A stretch of DNA of 64,000 nt, from assembly GCA_907165135.1 (NCBI GenBank), contig OU015568.1:4588001-4652000 (forward strand), in the 5' to 3' direction. This DNA is from Oikopleura dioica (taxonomy: Eukaryota; Animalia; Chordata). Of this stretch, positions 37,341-49,302 are shown one piece after another (the first letter of the stretch is position 1; every line of letters begins with the position of its first letter). The notes below the pieces were generated by a model. It ran no database searches. It saw nothing but the letters and a program-made list of their open reading frames with translations, and was not told the DNA's origin. A program made the translations under genes and the position numbers.

Positions 37341-37378
37341 TTGGCGCGCTCCACTGGGCGCGAAAAAAGCGACCAATC
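37341..37378 (-). promoter_or_regulatory. E2F sites plus CCAAT box upstream of POLA1
   Basis: TTGGCGCG (37341), GGCGCGAAA (reverse complement TTTCGCGCC) and GACCAATC, about 210-245 nt upstream of the ATG. Confidence 0.6.
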
Positions 37379-37772
37379 GAAGCTGACTGAAAAAAACGGT
37401 CAATATTTTTCGACCACGAGCTAACCCTAACTACAGTGTACGGGTAAAAGTACAGGTAGTTGGGCAGAATGATGGAATCGCCTTTTATTATTAATTAAAT
37501 TTTATTAAAATATTTCGTTAAAAATTTTTTTTCATTTTTCTGATTTCATCATTTTAAATTTTTCCGAAAACGAATTCTTGCACTTGAATACTTAATTTAC
37601 AGTATTGACAATACTGACATTATTTTTGATTTTGATTGTCTGAGTCAGATCGATTTTAAGTCTTGCTGAAATCAAGGAAGATTTCCAAAGAAGTCCTTAT
37701 TCCTAACTAAAGTCAAATTATAGCTTTTAAAAATTTATTGAAACATCAGAAAGAATGTACAGAAAGAAAGAA

Positions 37773-40700
37773 TCAAGGCTCGTTCTCTCGCCAGATTGTG
37801 ATTTTTCCGCCGGATATTAGACACATGAATGGTTTTCCTTCTTGATCTTTTGGGGACAGAATCATCGGCTAAAATCATGTCAAAAAAGAAGAAAATGAAA
37901 TGAGAGTGTGCATGAAATCAAGGATGATTCTAAGTGAGAGTCTGCTACAGATATGCTTTTCTACAAACTACAGTAACTTCAGTACAAGCAAGAGTACGAA
38001 GAGCATCAAAACTTTCGTATTCAAAAAGCGAAAAAGCGAGCGATATTTTACCGGACATTCGCCGCCACCCTCGACCCAGTCTATCAGACTTTCATATTGC
38101 GTCGGGTAGACTCTGCGCAACTCAACCCCTTTTTCTCGCAATTTCATCTGTATACTCGCAAAACTCGGGTTCAAAAACAAAAATTTCGATTAAAAAATGT
38201 GCAAAATTTTGAAGATTGTAAAGATTTTAGTGAACCCTTCCGAAAGCTACGTTTCTATCGGATTTCTCGGACTTGTAATTTTCGGTTAGTACTGGTATTG
38301 GCTGGAAACAGCGTTAATAAGGAAAAGATGGAGATACCTTTGAACTATACTTGAACGACTTTTTGAAGAGTTGAGGAAGTGTGACCTTTTCGGATTTCGA
38401 CGAAGCGGTCTTGAGGTCTTTTCATTCGAGAGCCAGTTGAGACGAAATCCGAGTTTGTTCTAAAAAGGAATTTTTGTGTGGTAGACATGAGAAGTCTCGA
38501 CTTTGTCTGGCAGACGGCTCTGGTCTACCAGACTGCTTGTAGGTTGAAAATTTTACCTGTAAGGTCGGCTATGCGCGAGTTTTTCCATATTCGTTATTCT
38601 CAGCATGACATCAACAAGGATTTCATCTTAAAAATATTGGCTTTTTTATCAATTGAAATTTCCTAACCATCGAGCGAATATTTATCCGCAATTGCCGACA
38701 TCTCCGGATCGAGCTCAGACTGCGGCAAATACTGTGGCGTCATTGAAAGAGCAGCAAACCCGCGCTAGAACATGTATTTTTGGCGCTAATCCAAAAATAT
38801 CGCCCTTACCAAAACAAATTCTTCAGCTTCTTTGATGCTGCTCACGACTACTCTGACGGCGCCGCGTCCTTTTGACCGCTCTTCTTTCGCCACTGTTTGA
38901 AAAGTTACTGTATGCTTACGGAAGGGGAAGCTTACCGATTTTGGAGAGTGAGTGCATCATGAGCTGGGAATGGTTGATTTGGTGAAGGATCAGTTTTGCG
39001 AGAGAAGCTGCTTTGGCGTAAACGCATTTGTCCTTGTGTTTGTGCCAGTGTTCGGCTCGGCATTCCTGTAATTACAGTTATCCAAGTATATACGATCACA
39101 TCAGAATGATTTTCAGAAATATCTTGAAGATTATTATAATAATTGTCAATTTTCATTAAGGATCCCCCCTCAAGAGGGAATGACTTTTTCAGACAGCGAT
39201 TTTGGATTGATCCCCTTAAGATTTCCATAGAAAATTTTGCTCAGAGTGTAGCCCGAAAGTTGATCGAGGGAGAAAATAAAGCTGTTCTTATGATAAAACT
39301 CAGAATTATGGTCTTTCGAGACAAAAGAGCATCGACGTCAATTGGCCTACCTTTGTACAATAGAACGTCACACAATAGCGACAAGACTTGTATTGCGCTT
39401 TTGCTTGTTTCAGCGTCGCTAGAATTTCAATTTCAAAATCCCCTCCTTAGAATCTCAATAACCTTGATTCGAGCAAGCAGAGTTTCGACAAATGAGCATT
39501 GGCTCTCTGCTGGAAACGCAAAACATTCTCCCGGCTCCCCCATTGCTCGAAATAGTCGACACGCGATTATCAGTATTTTCAGCTTTTTGCGATGGTCGGA
39601 CATTTGTCCTCATCACAGCTGGCGTGGAGTAATCGGCGCCACTTTTCGGCCGTCGAGAAATTGGATTCGAGCTCGGCGGTGTCGAGTTTTCTAAATCGCT
39701 CTTCGAAGATTGATGCGAGTGGCCACCTGTTGACGATTTGTCTGTGTTTCCTAGTCGATGAGAATACTGTATGTTCGTTTCTTTGAGAGGAGCATACCTT
39801 GACTTCTGTTGAGAAGCTTCATCAGGGAGGATTGAGCAAGAAGGGTGACATTGTCGTTTGAGGTTCGAGGAGGTGGCTGGTCCGAACGGTGAGTAGGACG
39901 ATTTGAGGTCTTTGGCTCGGTTGTTTTCATCGCTAAAGATGATTTTGATCGATTTTTTACAATCTGACGACCTCTGTGAACGGTAGTTGGGGGTTCTCCC
40001 TAGACCTGCCCCTACCCCTGGACCACAGGGGCCCCTAAGGCCAAAACGCGCCCCCCGGATACCCCCTCCAGCAGTACCCACTTCTTAACCCTAATCTTCC
40101 CCCTAAGGTTAATTACCTTGTCTTGGTGATTTCTTGACATTATCGTACTCTGAGCTGACCAAACTCGTCTTTGAACTAAAATTCGACTTCTTCAAATTCC
40201 CAAGGCTCGAATAATTCGCTCCCTTTGCCGAATTATTCGTTCCATTGAAATTGCCATTCGCGAACAATGGATCACTCTTTGGAGCACTCGTCGAGGGAAG
40301 AGTTCTGTAGCCAGGAAAGAGTGCTTCGTGTGCGCTTTTGCGATTTTCGGGAGATGGTTTTTGGGAGGTTTTGGATCTCATCGTTGCGCGCTCGATTATT
40401 TCAGAGTCGGAGCGGCGGGGCGATCGAGGAGTTGAAGATTTGAAGGAGTTTTCGATTTCGGAAAAAAGGTCGGGGTTGCTGGCATTCGCGTTTTTCTGCG
40501 CTAGAATTTCAAATGAATGAAGTTTTTGATTTTCAGATCGAAAGGAAGAAATGATTGAGCTTGGCTCAGAAACCTGTGCGGAAAACCTGAGTCAGGCTCT
40601 GAAAGATCACCAATGAAAAGCCGCGTAGAAATTTCAAATTCGCGGCTTCGTCCTAAAAAAGCCGCTATGCGGCTTTTCATTAGAGATCTTTCAGACCCTG

Positions 40701-41487
40701 ACTCAGGTTTTCTACACAGGTTTCCGAGCTCAGTAATTAAGAAATCACCCCAAATGAACAAAATTCAAGAGCGTGGGAAAATCATCAAGACCCCCTTTCT
40801 TTACCTCATTTCTTCATTTTTTCAAAGTGGCTCTTATTGTCTTTACCTGTTGGATCGGAAAAGCCGAAAAGCTCGCGCCGCTGTGATTTCTGACGAACAA
40901 TCGTGTGCAACTCCTTGGCGAAAGTAGGATCGAACTTGTCTCGAATCTCCTTGGGCAGGTTCTCGACGCTCTTGAATTCCGCTGCTGGAGGAAGAGCTTG
41001 AAATGGCGATTGTTTCTCGATTCCATCTCCGACGGATTTTGAGCGGCTTGGAGGACGAAACTTTTGACCTTGGCCAGTTGATCGGCGTTGGTCTAGCAGA
41101 CGCTGAGCCGCTTTTGAAAAGGATTAAAACTTGTCTCGGACAATTTTTAACCAAAATAAATTTTCGTTTTTTGACCAAAATGCATTTTCGACAAAAAATT
41201 GCGACAAAAATTTTGATTTTTTGCGAGATTTTTTTTACGAAATCTGGTAGACCTAAGAAGCGAATGCGGAGATCTGATTGGTCTCAAATTCGACCAAAAA
41301 TTTGATCGAAACTGTCGCGAAAATGGCGCGCATTTTTGCCAATTTTGTAAAAAAACACCAAAATTGACCAAAATTAAAATTTTTTGCCCAAAAATCACAC
41401 CGACTTTTTTCGCCTCAAAATAATTTTTGAACCTTTTCCTGATCTTTGACTTCTTCCAGCTCTCTCTTTACTGCCTCCAGCGCCCAT
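37773..41487 (-). CDS. AJM1: AJM1/C9orf172-like apical junction protein
   Basis: Spliced C-terminal half: CRNSACSN...YKSCRYCVTFYCTKECRAEHWHKHKDKCVY, KGRGAV, FASIQMKLREKGVELRRVYP, GKPFMCLI. These match remembered AJM1 motifs (KSCHSCYTYYCS..CRREDW..HK..CVY; GRPFMCMI). The N-half is S/R/P-rich; the start at MGAGGSK is inferred. Confidence 0.75.
40562..40730. mobile_element. CTGACTCAGG-family MITE in an AJM1 intron
   Basis: GGCTCAG-AACCTGTG-AAAACCTGAGTCAGG...CCTGACTCAGGTTTTCTACACAGGTTTCCGAGC. Confidence 0.8.
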
Positions 41488-41662
41488 CCTAATTCATTCA
41501 ATCAAAAAATATATTTCGGAAAATCAAATCTTGAGTGAGATTAAGATTCAGCTTGTTATATTTTTTCACAATAAAAGAAAGAGCAGGGTCAGACCACTTG
41601 ATCTCTAGCGTTTTCTAATCGGCTTTGTGTGCCCAAGAAGATCCTCTCAATGGCGAAAGCAG

Positions 41663-42910
41663 CTATTCATGCGGATCCGATTTAGGCTTCCCGAAAATAA
41701 CTTTATGACAGCATATAACAATTCGGAAAATAATTCAGTAGTAAATTGAATTTCTGCATTTTAAAAACTTTCTCCAGAATATATAAAATATCGTCTCTCT
41801 TTTGCAATTATTGAATTGACAAGTGAGCCAATTCTTTGGTCGCTTTCAAAGCGACGCTTTGTATAAACGGGTTAATTTTATATTTTAAAAAGAGAAATTA
41901 AATAATAATTCTTAATTTATTATTTAATTAATAATGTTATAATTAAATTGATTCTATAATAAATAATTAATTTATTTAAAATAATTATAAAATTTTAATT
42001 TTTAAAATATAATTAACCCATTTATACATAGCGACCAAAGAATTGGCTCACTGGTCTATTCAATAATTTCAAAAGAGATACGTTAATTAATAATTATGTT
42101 TTTTATATTTAATTAGTTTATATATTAATGTTGAATATTTAATCTTTCTTATTTAAAAATTTATAAGATTCATATTCATATATTTCAACATAAAATCATT
42201 TTAAAACTTACGGGCTCTGTTTTACAATCTTCCGGACTTTTTCTGCCAGTTCTTTGTTCTGCGGCTCATGTCTTAAAAAAAATTCAATATCAGAAAATCT
42301 CTTTTCAAATTACTCTTTGAAATTCGCCCGAATTCCGACCCTAAAAACAATACTTTTTCCAAAGGTCTGTTCCCTATACCAATCTTTATAAAAACCCATA
42401 ATTTTTATATTAAAAAGCGAGTTTACAGCTCGTAAAGCTAAATCAGGTGTTGGAAATTCTATAAATGGGACGACGGAATGCGCAAATATTTGCCCATTTT
42501 TCAGAATATTTCTAAAGCTCCTTTTCAATTTCATTCAAATTTACCTGTAAAGTTTAAAGCTCGGCATGGTCGAAGTAGTCGTGCTCGCATAAATATCCTT
42601 CGCGGTCTTCAAGGATCAGAAAGTGGAAAAACAAAAATGAAGAAAAAATTATTTTTGACCCTAATCAATCCACTAGCAGGAGCGGCGGAGGCAGGCTAAA
42701 AGTCAAGGTTACGGAAAGGGAGCTTTTTACGATGGGAAGAGATTAATAAAAAGACAGGCGCTAGGTGAGACGGAAGGGAGTGATTTGGAAATCAAAGATT
42801 TTGCTTGTTTTCGAAGCTTTTTGGGGTCTCTCCTTTTCTCTCTTGTCTCTGTAATTTTCAGAAGGCAGGAGATAGATAGGATCATCGAGAGATAGCAACA
42901 TCGGACATTC
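41663..42910 (-). CDS. possible divergent RRM-containing gene
   Basis: RNP1-like PFIEFPTPDLALRAVNSL and RNP2-like CLFINLFP in exons bounded by GT/AG. Exon joining is only partly resolved. Confidence 0.35.
41790..42085. mobile_element. AT-rich MITE
   Basis: Long inverted arms ...ATTATTGAA-GTGAGCCAATTCTTTGGTCGCT / AGCGACCAAAGAATTGGCTCAC-TTCAATAAT. Confidence 0.8.
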
Positions 42911-43442
42911 CCGTCCGAATCAGCCCTAAGGGCCTGAGTCGGACTCGGCGCTAAATGAGATTGCGCACCGAGCTAATTACCCTTCCCAGTTTTTCAAGCT
43001 TATTTCCTTCTCTTTTTGTGTGCAAACAAGTTTTTTTAATAAAGAAGATATTTTAATTTTTTCACAAAATTTGACTTACCGAGGGATTTTCTTCCTTGTT
43101 TTTCTTCGGCATCTAAAATCCTTCTTTTAGAAAAAAAAAATAAAATTATTAAAACCGAAAATGAAGCCCCGAAAATCGCCAAAATCAAAGCCTCTCTGAA
43201 TAATTCAAAAAGCGCAGCGAAGATGTCCGTCAAAGTCAAGATGCAATTTTGCATTTTTTGAAACGCAAATATGCTTCTTCAAAGTATTTGACGCCGTCGT
43301 AAAGTTTTTACTCTGAGCAAGTTTTATGAATCAAATGGCCTTTGATCTCCTCAATTCGGAGGGGAGTAAAAATTGAACGATTTCAATTAAAAATATTGTT
43401 TTGGCTAGTGTTAGGGTTAGGAGTGGGCTCGGGCCCGAGCCG

Positions 43443-43608
43443 CTCGGCAACCTGTGTAGAAAACCTGAGTCAGGGTTCTGAAAGAGTTAAATGAAAAGCC
43501 GCAAAGCGGCTTTATTAAAAAACGAAGCCGCGAAGCGGCTTCACCAAAATTTATCTTTATATATATTTCATCAACACCCTGACCTAGGTTTCTACACAGG
43601 TTACCGAG
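43443..43608. mobile_element. CTGACTCAGG-family MITE
   Basis: GCTCGGCAACCTGTGTAGAAAACCTGAGTCAGGG...TCTACACAGGTTACCGAG. Confidence 0.8.
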
Positions 43609-43914
43609 AAAAGGACTATTCTTACGTAATAATTTCGTTTAATCGTATCAACCATCAGAAAAATCCCAAAGAAAATCGTTAAAAGCTGTAAAATCTCCAA
43701 AATCATTCAAAATCTCTCTTCTCTGAAGACCCTTTTCAAGACTCAGAATCTTGGGATCAATTTTGGTCTCTTTGATAAACTTCGATTACCAGGTATCCCA
43801 GACGGTAAGACCGGCCTGATTCAAAGTCCGCGTCACAAAATGGATCATTTAATGAAAATTGATAGAAAATAATCATGCTTTATTTTCTCACAAGAAATTA
43901 AAAAGCATATCTTT

Positions 43915-44057
43915 GCTCAGCAACCTGAATAGAAAACCTGAGTCAGGGTCTGAGAGATATTTCATGAAAAGCCGCGAAAGATAGAATCTTTGATTCAATT
44001 TGCAATTCAATCTTTCAGACCCTGACTCAGGTTTTCTACACAGGTTGCCGAGTCCAG
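43915..44057. mobile_element. CTGACTCAGG-family MITE
   Basis: AAAACCTGAGTCAGGGTCTGA...TCAGACCCTGACTCAGGTTTTCTACACAGGTTGCCGAG. Confidence 0.8.
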
Positions 44058-45000
44058 AATCAGACCTTTCATATTTATTTGAAGAAAATGATGAAAAAAC
44101 TCATTTTTTGGATGAAAGAAAAGTCATTACCATAAATCCTTCGTCACAATAAATCTATCCTGGGCCCATCGAACTGCTTTCTTATTTTGCTCTATCAATT
44201 TTTATTTTTTCGATCTTTGAAAAATCAAAATTGAAATTCAATTGCGACTTGAAGACTTGAAGACCCGGAACTTTTCTTTTGATAATTGCTCTTGAGAAAA
44301 GAAATCGAAAAGGAATCTCAATTTTTGATTTTTGAAAATTTCATCTTGAAATTATCGATAAATAAAGATTTTTTCTTTTGATAATTTCTAGCGCTTTTCA
44401 AAGTTGAAAGTAGGCTCGTGGCAGGCGGCAGGATCCATGCCATTATCATAAGTGACACTTACACTGTCACGTGACACAGGCGGAAATTGAATAAAACCTA
44501 TTTCTCAAAAAAGGCGCTAGAATTTTTGTTTTTGAGGTTTGGAGCTGCGCCAGACTTTTTTTTATCAATTTTTCATAAAAATTTTCGAAAAGAAAAATTT
44601 TATGAAATTTTTTTTTTTTTGAAAATCCTTTTTTTTTTCTCTCAAATTTGAGCCATTCAAAATGTTTTTTTTTTACCGGAAGAGTCATTGATTTCCAAGT
44701 CGAAACATAAGTTCTTTCATCAAAAGGTTTCGGGCAATAGATTTTCCCATTTCTTCCCAAACTGTAGTACATTTATTCTCTCCTTTTCTTTCTCAGAGAA
44801 AAAAAATTGTGTTTTGAGAAATTCCGGGCGATTATCGGTAATGAGTTGAAAAATCGCTGACGCTAAATGAGAAGGATCGGGCGCAGGCCTTCTTTTGTAG
44901 GAAGAAGCTAATCCCGGGCCCTCCTGATCCTAGAGCCGCGCCACGTGATTCTCCGTTCTCGCCCCGATTTTCAACGATTTCAAAAAAAAAATTATGAAAT

Positions 45001-45215
45001 CTGGGCTCGGCAACCTGTGCCAAAACCTTACTCATGGTTCTGAAAGAGTTTCAACGAAAAGCCGCGTAGCGGCTTTTTTAAAAAGAAAGCCGCGAAGCGA
45101 ATTCACCAGATTTTCAAACAGACCAGGTTAAAAATTCTGGGAAAGCCGCTACGCGGCTTTTCGTTGATACTCTTTCAGAACCCTGGGAAAGCCCTTGACA
45201 CAGGTTGCCGAGCGC
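45001..45215. mobile_element. CTGACTCAGG-family MITE
   Basis: CTGGGCTCGGCAACCTGTG...CACAGGTTGCCGAGCGCAG, with GCCGCGTAGCGGC and GCCGCTACGCGGC hairpins. Confidence 0.8.
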
Positions 45216-45692
45216 AGCTTTTTTATAAATGAACTTTTGAAATGCTATGACTATAAAAACCGTTTTATTTTTTGTCACGGTGGTTGAAAAAGATCACACT
45301 TGTCAGGTGGAATTGAAAAGAATTCTTTCCCGATCAAAAGGGTCTTCAGAAGACTCAAGAACCTTTTGTTTTCATAATAAATTTCTGCTTCGTTTTAAAA
45401 GTTACTGTAACAAGGATGTTTTCCGGGCGAAATTAAGAAATAAAATTGGCATTTGCGGTGGAGGAATTTTCATTTCTAATAGTTCGAAAGATTGACTCCT
45501 GGCGACGCTGGGCAAATTTACCGAGACATTATGTTTTTACTGTACTTAGCGGTATTATTCCGCGGGCTAACTGTAATGAAGCTTGATCGTCATTTTCAGA
45601 AGGAAAAAAGGGCAAATAATTCTTCTTGTAGTGGAGTTACTGTACCTTTTTTCGTCCAAACAGTTCATCCTCCATTTGCTTGAACAATTCTA

Positions 45693-45992
45693 CCACAGAG
45701 TTGAGCTCTAAGTGGAGAAAGCCTCCGGGTCCCCTTTCCCGTTTCCCGCGCAGATCACTGGCGGGAAAGTCTAGAAATTTTCATTAGCACCTGGTTGGCG
45801 CTTCAGAAGAATCTGAAGATTCCGAAGAAGTGAATCTAGAGATTTTATGTGTTTCGGCCAATCACAGGGCCGACAAGGGTTTTTGCGATGACTAGGTGCT
45901 CTTGCCGCAAAATTGCGCGCTCCAGGTCGAGCGTCTTACGGGGCCTAAGACGCTCAGATTCTCCTATCTCCACTTAGAGCTCAACTCCATGG
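45693..45992. mobile_element. TA-flanked MITE (300 bp)
   Basis: TIR CCA--GAGTTGAGCTCTAAGTGGAGA; TA on both sides. Confidence 0.75.
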
Positions 45993-46557
45993 TACATCTT
46001 CGCTATTTCAAAAAGTCAGTCGAAAGCTCTCTAGAATTTGTGCTCACCTCATTCCATTGAGATCAACTTCCAAACTCGCCATTATTAAATTTCAGGTGAC
46101 CTTCTACCTCTCGACTTTTTCCCACGCTTTTGTCCGTTTCAAACGTTTTCAATCCCGGCTCTCGAGCTTTTTTCTCTTTTATTTTTTTCTAGCGCTCAGA
46201 TTTTTGGGATTTTGGTTTCTGAGAGTGAGTGGTGCACAAGTTCGGAGCTGCTCTCCAATTGTCGATTTGTGTAAATAGCCAGTTTCATTCATAACAACGA
46301 GAAATTCAGACGAAGCGCGAAACGGCGCGTATTTATTCTATAGTAGCGCCCTGATAATACTCTTCAAGCACCATCTCCCCGGCTTTGTATTCAAGGCGCA
46401 AATAATGAAAAAATCAGAGGAAAGATTCACCGCGAAGCGGTTTCTCGATTTTCAAGAAATGAACATTGACTTGCTTTCTTCCTCCTGATGCCAAAATTAA
46501 GGGTCTCCGATACCTTAAACAAGCCGAAAACAACAACTCTCAATCTAACCATCTAAT

Positions 46558-46693
46558 TGAATAAATATTTAAATATTAAATATTAAATATTTAAATATTT
46601 ATTCAATATTTAACTTGAATATTTAATATTTAAATATTTATTCAATATTTAACTTAAATATTTAATATTTAAATATTTATATATAAATATTTA
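46558..46693. repeat. AT-only tandem repeat (AAATATT-like)
   Basis: Repeated AAATATTT/AAATATTAA units. Confidence 0.85.
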
Positions 46694-46694
46694 A

Positions 46695-47352
46695 GGGATG
46701 GTGTCTGGAATCGACAAATTTCCGACAAAATTTTCGAAAAAAGACACTTAAGAAAATAAACTCTAAAATTTTTTGGGAATTTTTTTCTTAAAACTATGCA
46801 GAAATGGCTTTTTCAGGCCACAATTGAAATTTCTAGGCAATTTCGAGAAATTTTCGTTAGCCAAGATTTTGGGACTTCATGCTCATTATCGGGCCACCGG
46901 GGACTCCTAGTACCAATTGGTACTGCCAGTACCAATTTGGTACTCCCAGTACCAATTTTGGCAAGGCAAAATTTTAGTCAGCCAGGAACGCCCACTCTGC
47001 GGGTTCTGTGATAAGAAACTTACTGATTCGGCCAGGATATAGTTCTATTTACCCGCCTACTATTGTTCCAACTGAACTATTTCGATAAAATATCACTCGA
47101 AAAGCCGAAAAAGCTTTGGTACTGCGAGTCCCCGACGCCCCATTATCGGTCAAAATCTAGTTCGATTCCGATGATCTTGGTATCAAGCGAGCGAGCGAGC
47201 GAGTCAAAATCTGCATCATTATTTGAGTTTTAAGAGGACGATCATGGGGTCGATTTTTCTACCATTACACCTACAGATAATGGTGCGCCATTGAAATTTA
47301 CTTGAAAAAATGAAACATTTGTCGGAATTTTTGTCGATTCCAGACACCTCCC
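46695..47352. mobile_element. TIR element with GGG...CCC termini
   Basis: GGTGTCTGGAATCGACAAA-TTCCGACAAA and its inverted copy at 47318-47352; TTAA on the left only; internal AGTACCAATT(T)GGTACT palindromes. Confidence 0.7.
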
Positions 47353-48629
47353 AATATTTTCGCTTCAATAGATTATCTACTCTCTAGATAGATGACTCTC
47401 TAGAATCGGATTATTAATCTGATTCTATAACTGCAAAGAGAAAAAGAGTACAGCAAAAGTAACACTGATAAAAATCGAATCAATTTTACACTAGACGGTG
47501 CAGAAATCGACAGTAGACAGAAATATAACCGGATACATAGCTTCTCCTTTTTGTTCTCCAATAATTTGTGTGGTAATATTCTCTTCGCTTGAGCCTTTTT
47601 AAGCTTTTTAAATGTAAGAATGCCTGCTCCATCAAAGGAACTATTCACGATTTTCTCCGGTCGTTATTTCCCTAAGCTCTGCGAAATAAGGGGAAACAGC
47701 GACCTGAAGGTAAAAATGATGATTTACCCTCGGCGTCAGGTTAAAGCGCTATTATTTCTTCCTTCAAATGATTAAAAGCCTTAACCTAGTTGAATCTTTT
47801 GAATCGGATAGTCATCTTCATAAACCAAGCCTGGAAATACGTAGATAGAGTTTTCGTATAAAATTGAGGATGTCCAAAATAAGTTCTTAAATTTCCGTTT
47901 AAAAATGGTTAATTTTCGAATGACTTTAATCTTTTCATTATAATTAAAACTATATTTACTCTCAAGAGATATCCAATTAGTGCCCACTTTTTATTCATCA
48001 ATCGCCAAATTTCATTGAGTTGCTCATTTTTAAAAAAGTGGGTATGGTCAATTTAGCAGCGGTCAAATTAGCAGATTTTGTTCAAAATCGAAAAATTTTA
48101 AAAATCGTTATTTTCCCGGAAAAATATATTGGTAGGGTGATTATATATTGGTTACCCTATACCGCGATTTGATATTTTGCGAGCGATTTGAGGGCGCACA
48201 AGAGCAAGGCCGAGGGGAAATTTCGTTTTCGGACTTTCGAACTCTCGCTCCGGGCGGAAAGTGGCTCCAACCTAGGGCGCTAATCCTCTCAAAGAAACTT
48301 CCCGCTCCTTCTTCAAAGCTTAGTTAATATAAGATAAAGAAATTTACAAATATTAAAAAGTTTCAGATATTTATTGGAAGAATCTGTCGATTCATAAAAT
48401 TTCGAGTTATATGATACCAATTAATATATAAATTTCTTCATTCAAAATAATATCTTTCCGCTTTTGCCACGCCCAGATTCACTCTTTCCAGCTGGGTATC
48501 ATGCAAATACCTCCGCCCCATTTAATGGTTCGATATCTAAAAACGATGATGGTTGTTCTTTTTGCGATCACCCGGTTTTATTTGCTTCTCTTGGCGAGAG
48601 TAGGGCAGAGTGTTAAAAGCGCCGGACTT

Positions 48630-48830
48630 TCTAGACCTGGCCTCGGAATTCTGACCTGTCTAAAATCCTGAAACAGATCCTGTTTCCTGTTTTTGGACCC
48701 TGTCCTTTTTCCTGTCTTGCATTTCGAGACCAAAATAAACCTGTAAACAGGCCTGTTAACAGGAAATACAGGAAAACACGCCTGTTTGCAGGGACAGCCC
48801 TGTAAAATTGAAACAGGCCTGTAAAAAAAT
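48630..48830. repeat. CCTGT/ACAGG-rich repeat cluster, probably a transposon subterminal region
   Basis: More than 12 CCTGT or ACAGG pentamers in 200 bp. Confidence 0.5.
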
Positions 48831-49302
48831 TGCAGGATAACATATTTATGTACGAGCAAGAGAGCCAAGTTCAACCCATTTTTGTTTATCTAGATCTAAT
48901 TCTGGCATTTCGGAAGTTTCGCGGCGGGAGATCATACCCCAGTTTTTCGGCTAAAGATAGCCATCGTGTAATTGGTATCATTTTAAAGCTGCTTTTCCAC
49001 TGAGTCCTGTTATGATATCTATACTTCGTAATAATTGATCTCCGATTAATGGTTTTTATAGGTAAATACAAATGGGTGAGGGGGATTAACGTTGCCGCCA
49101 GATGAAAAAGCTCAAAACGCGCGATGGTCGCGTGAAAACTCGCGCGGCGCCAACTCCGTCGATTTTCTTAGGCGGCGCGGAAAGTTAAAAGAGGTGCTAG
49201 AAAAAGTTGCTGGAGAAAGGTTGACTTTCTTGGGTTGCAAAAAGGCTTGATTTTTGCAACCCAAAAGAGAGCCGCAAACACTCAAAATGAAACCGCGGTA
49301 TA

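Noticed and set aside
47400-47990. Possible transposase fragments
   Set aside because: Short AT-rich ORFs with no DDE or other recognisable motif.
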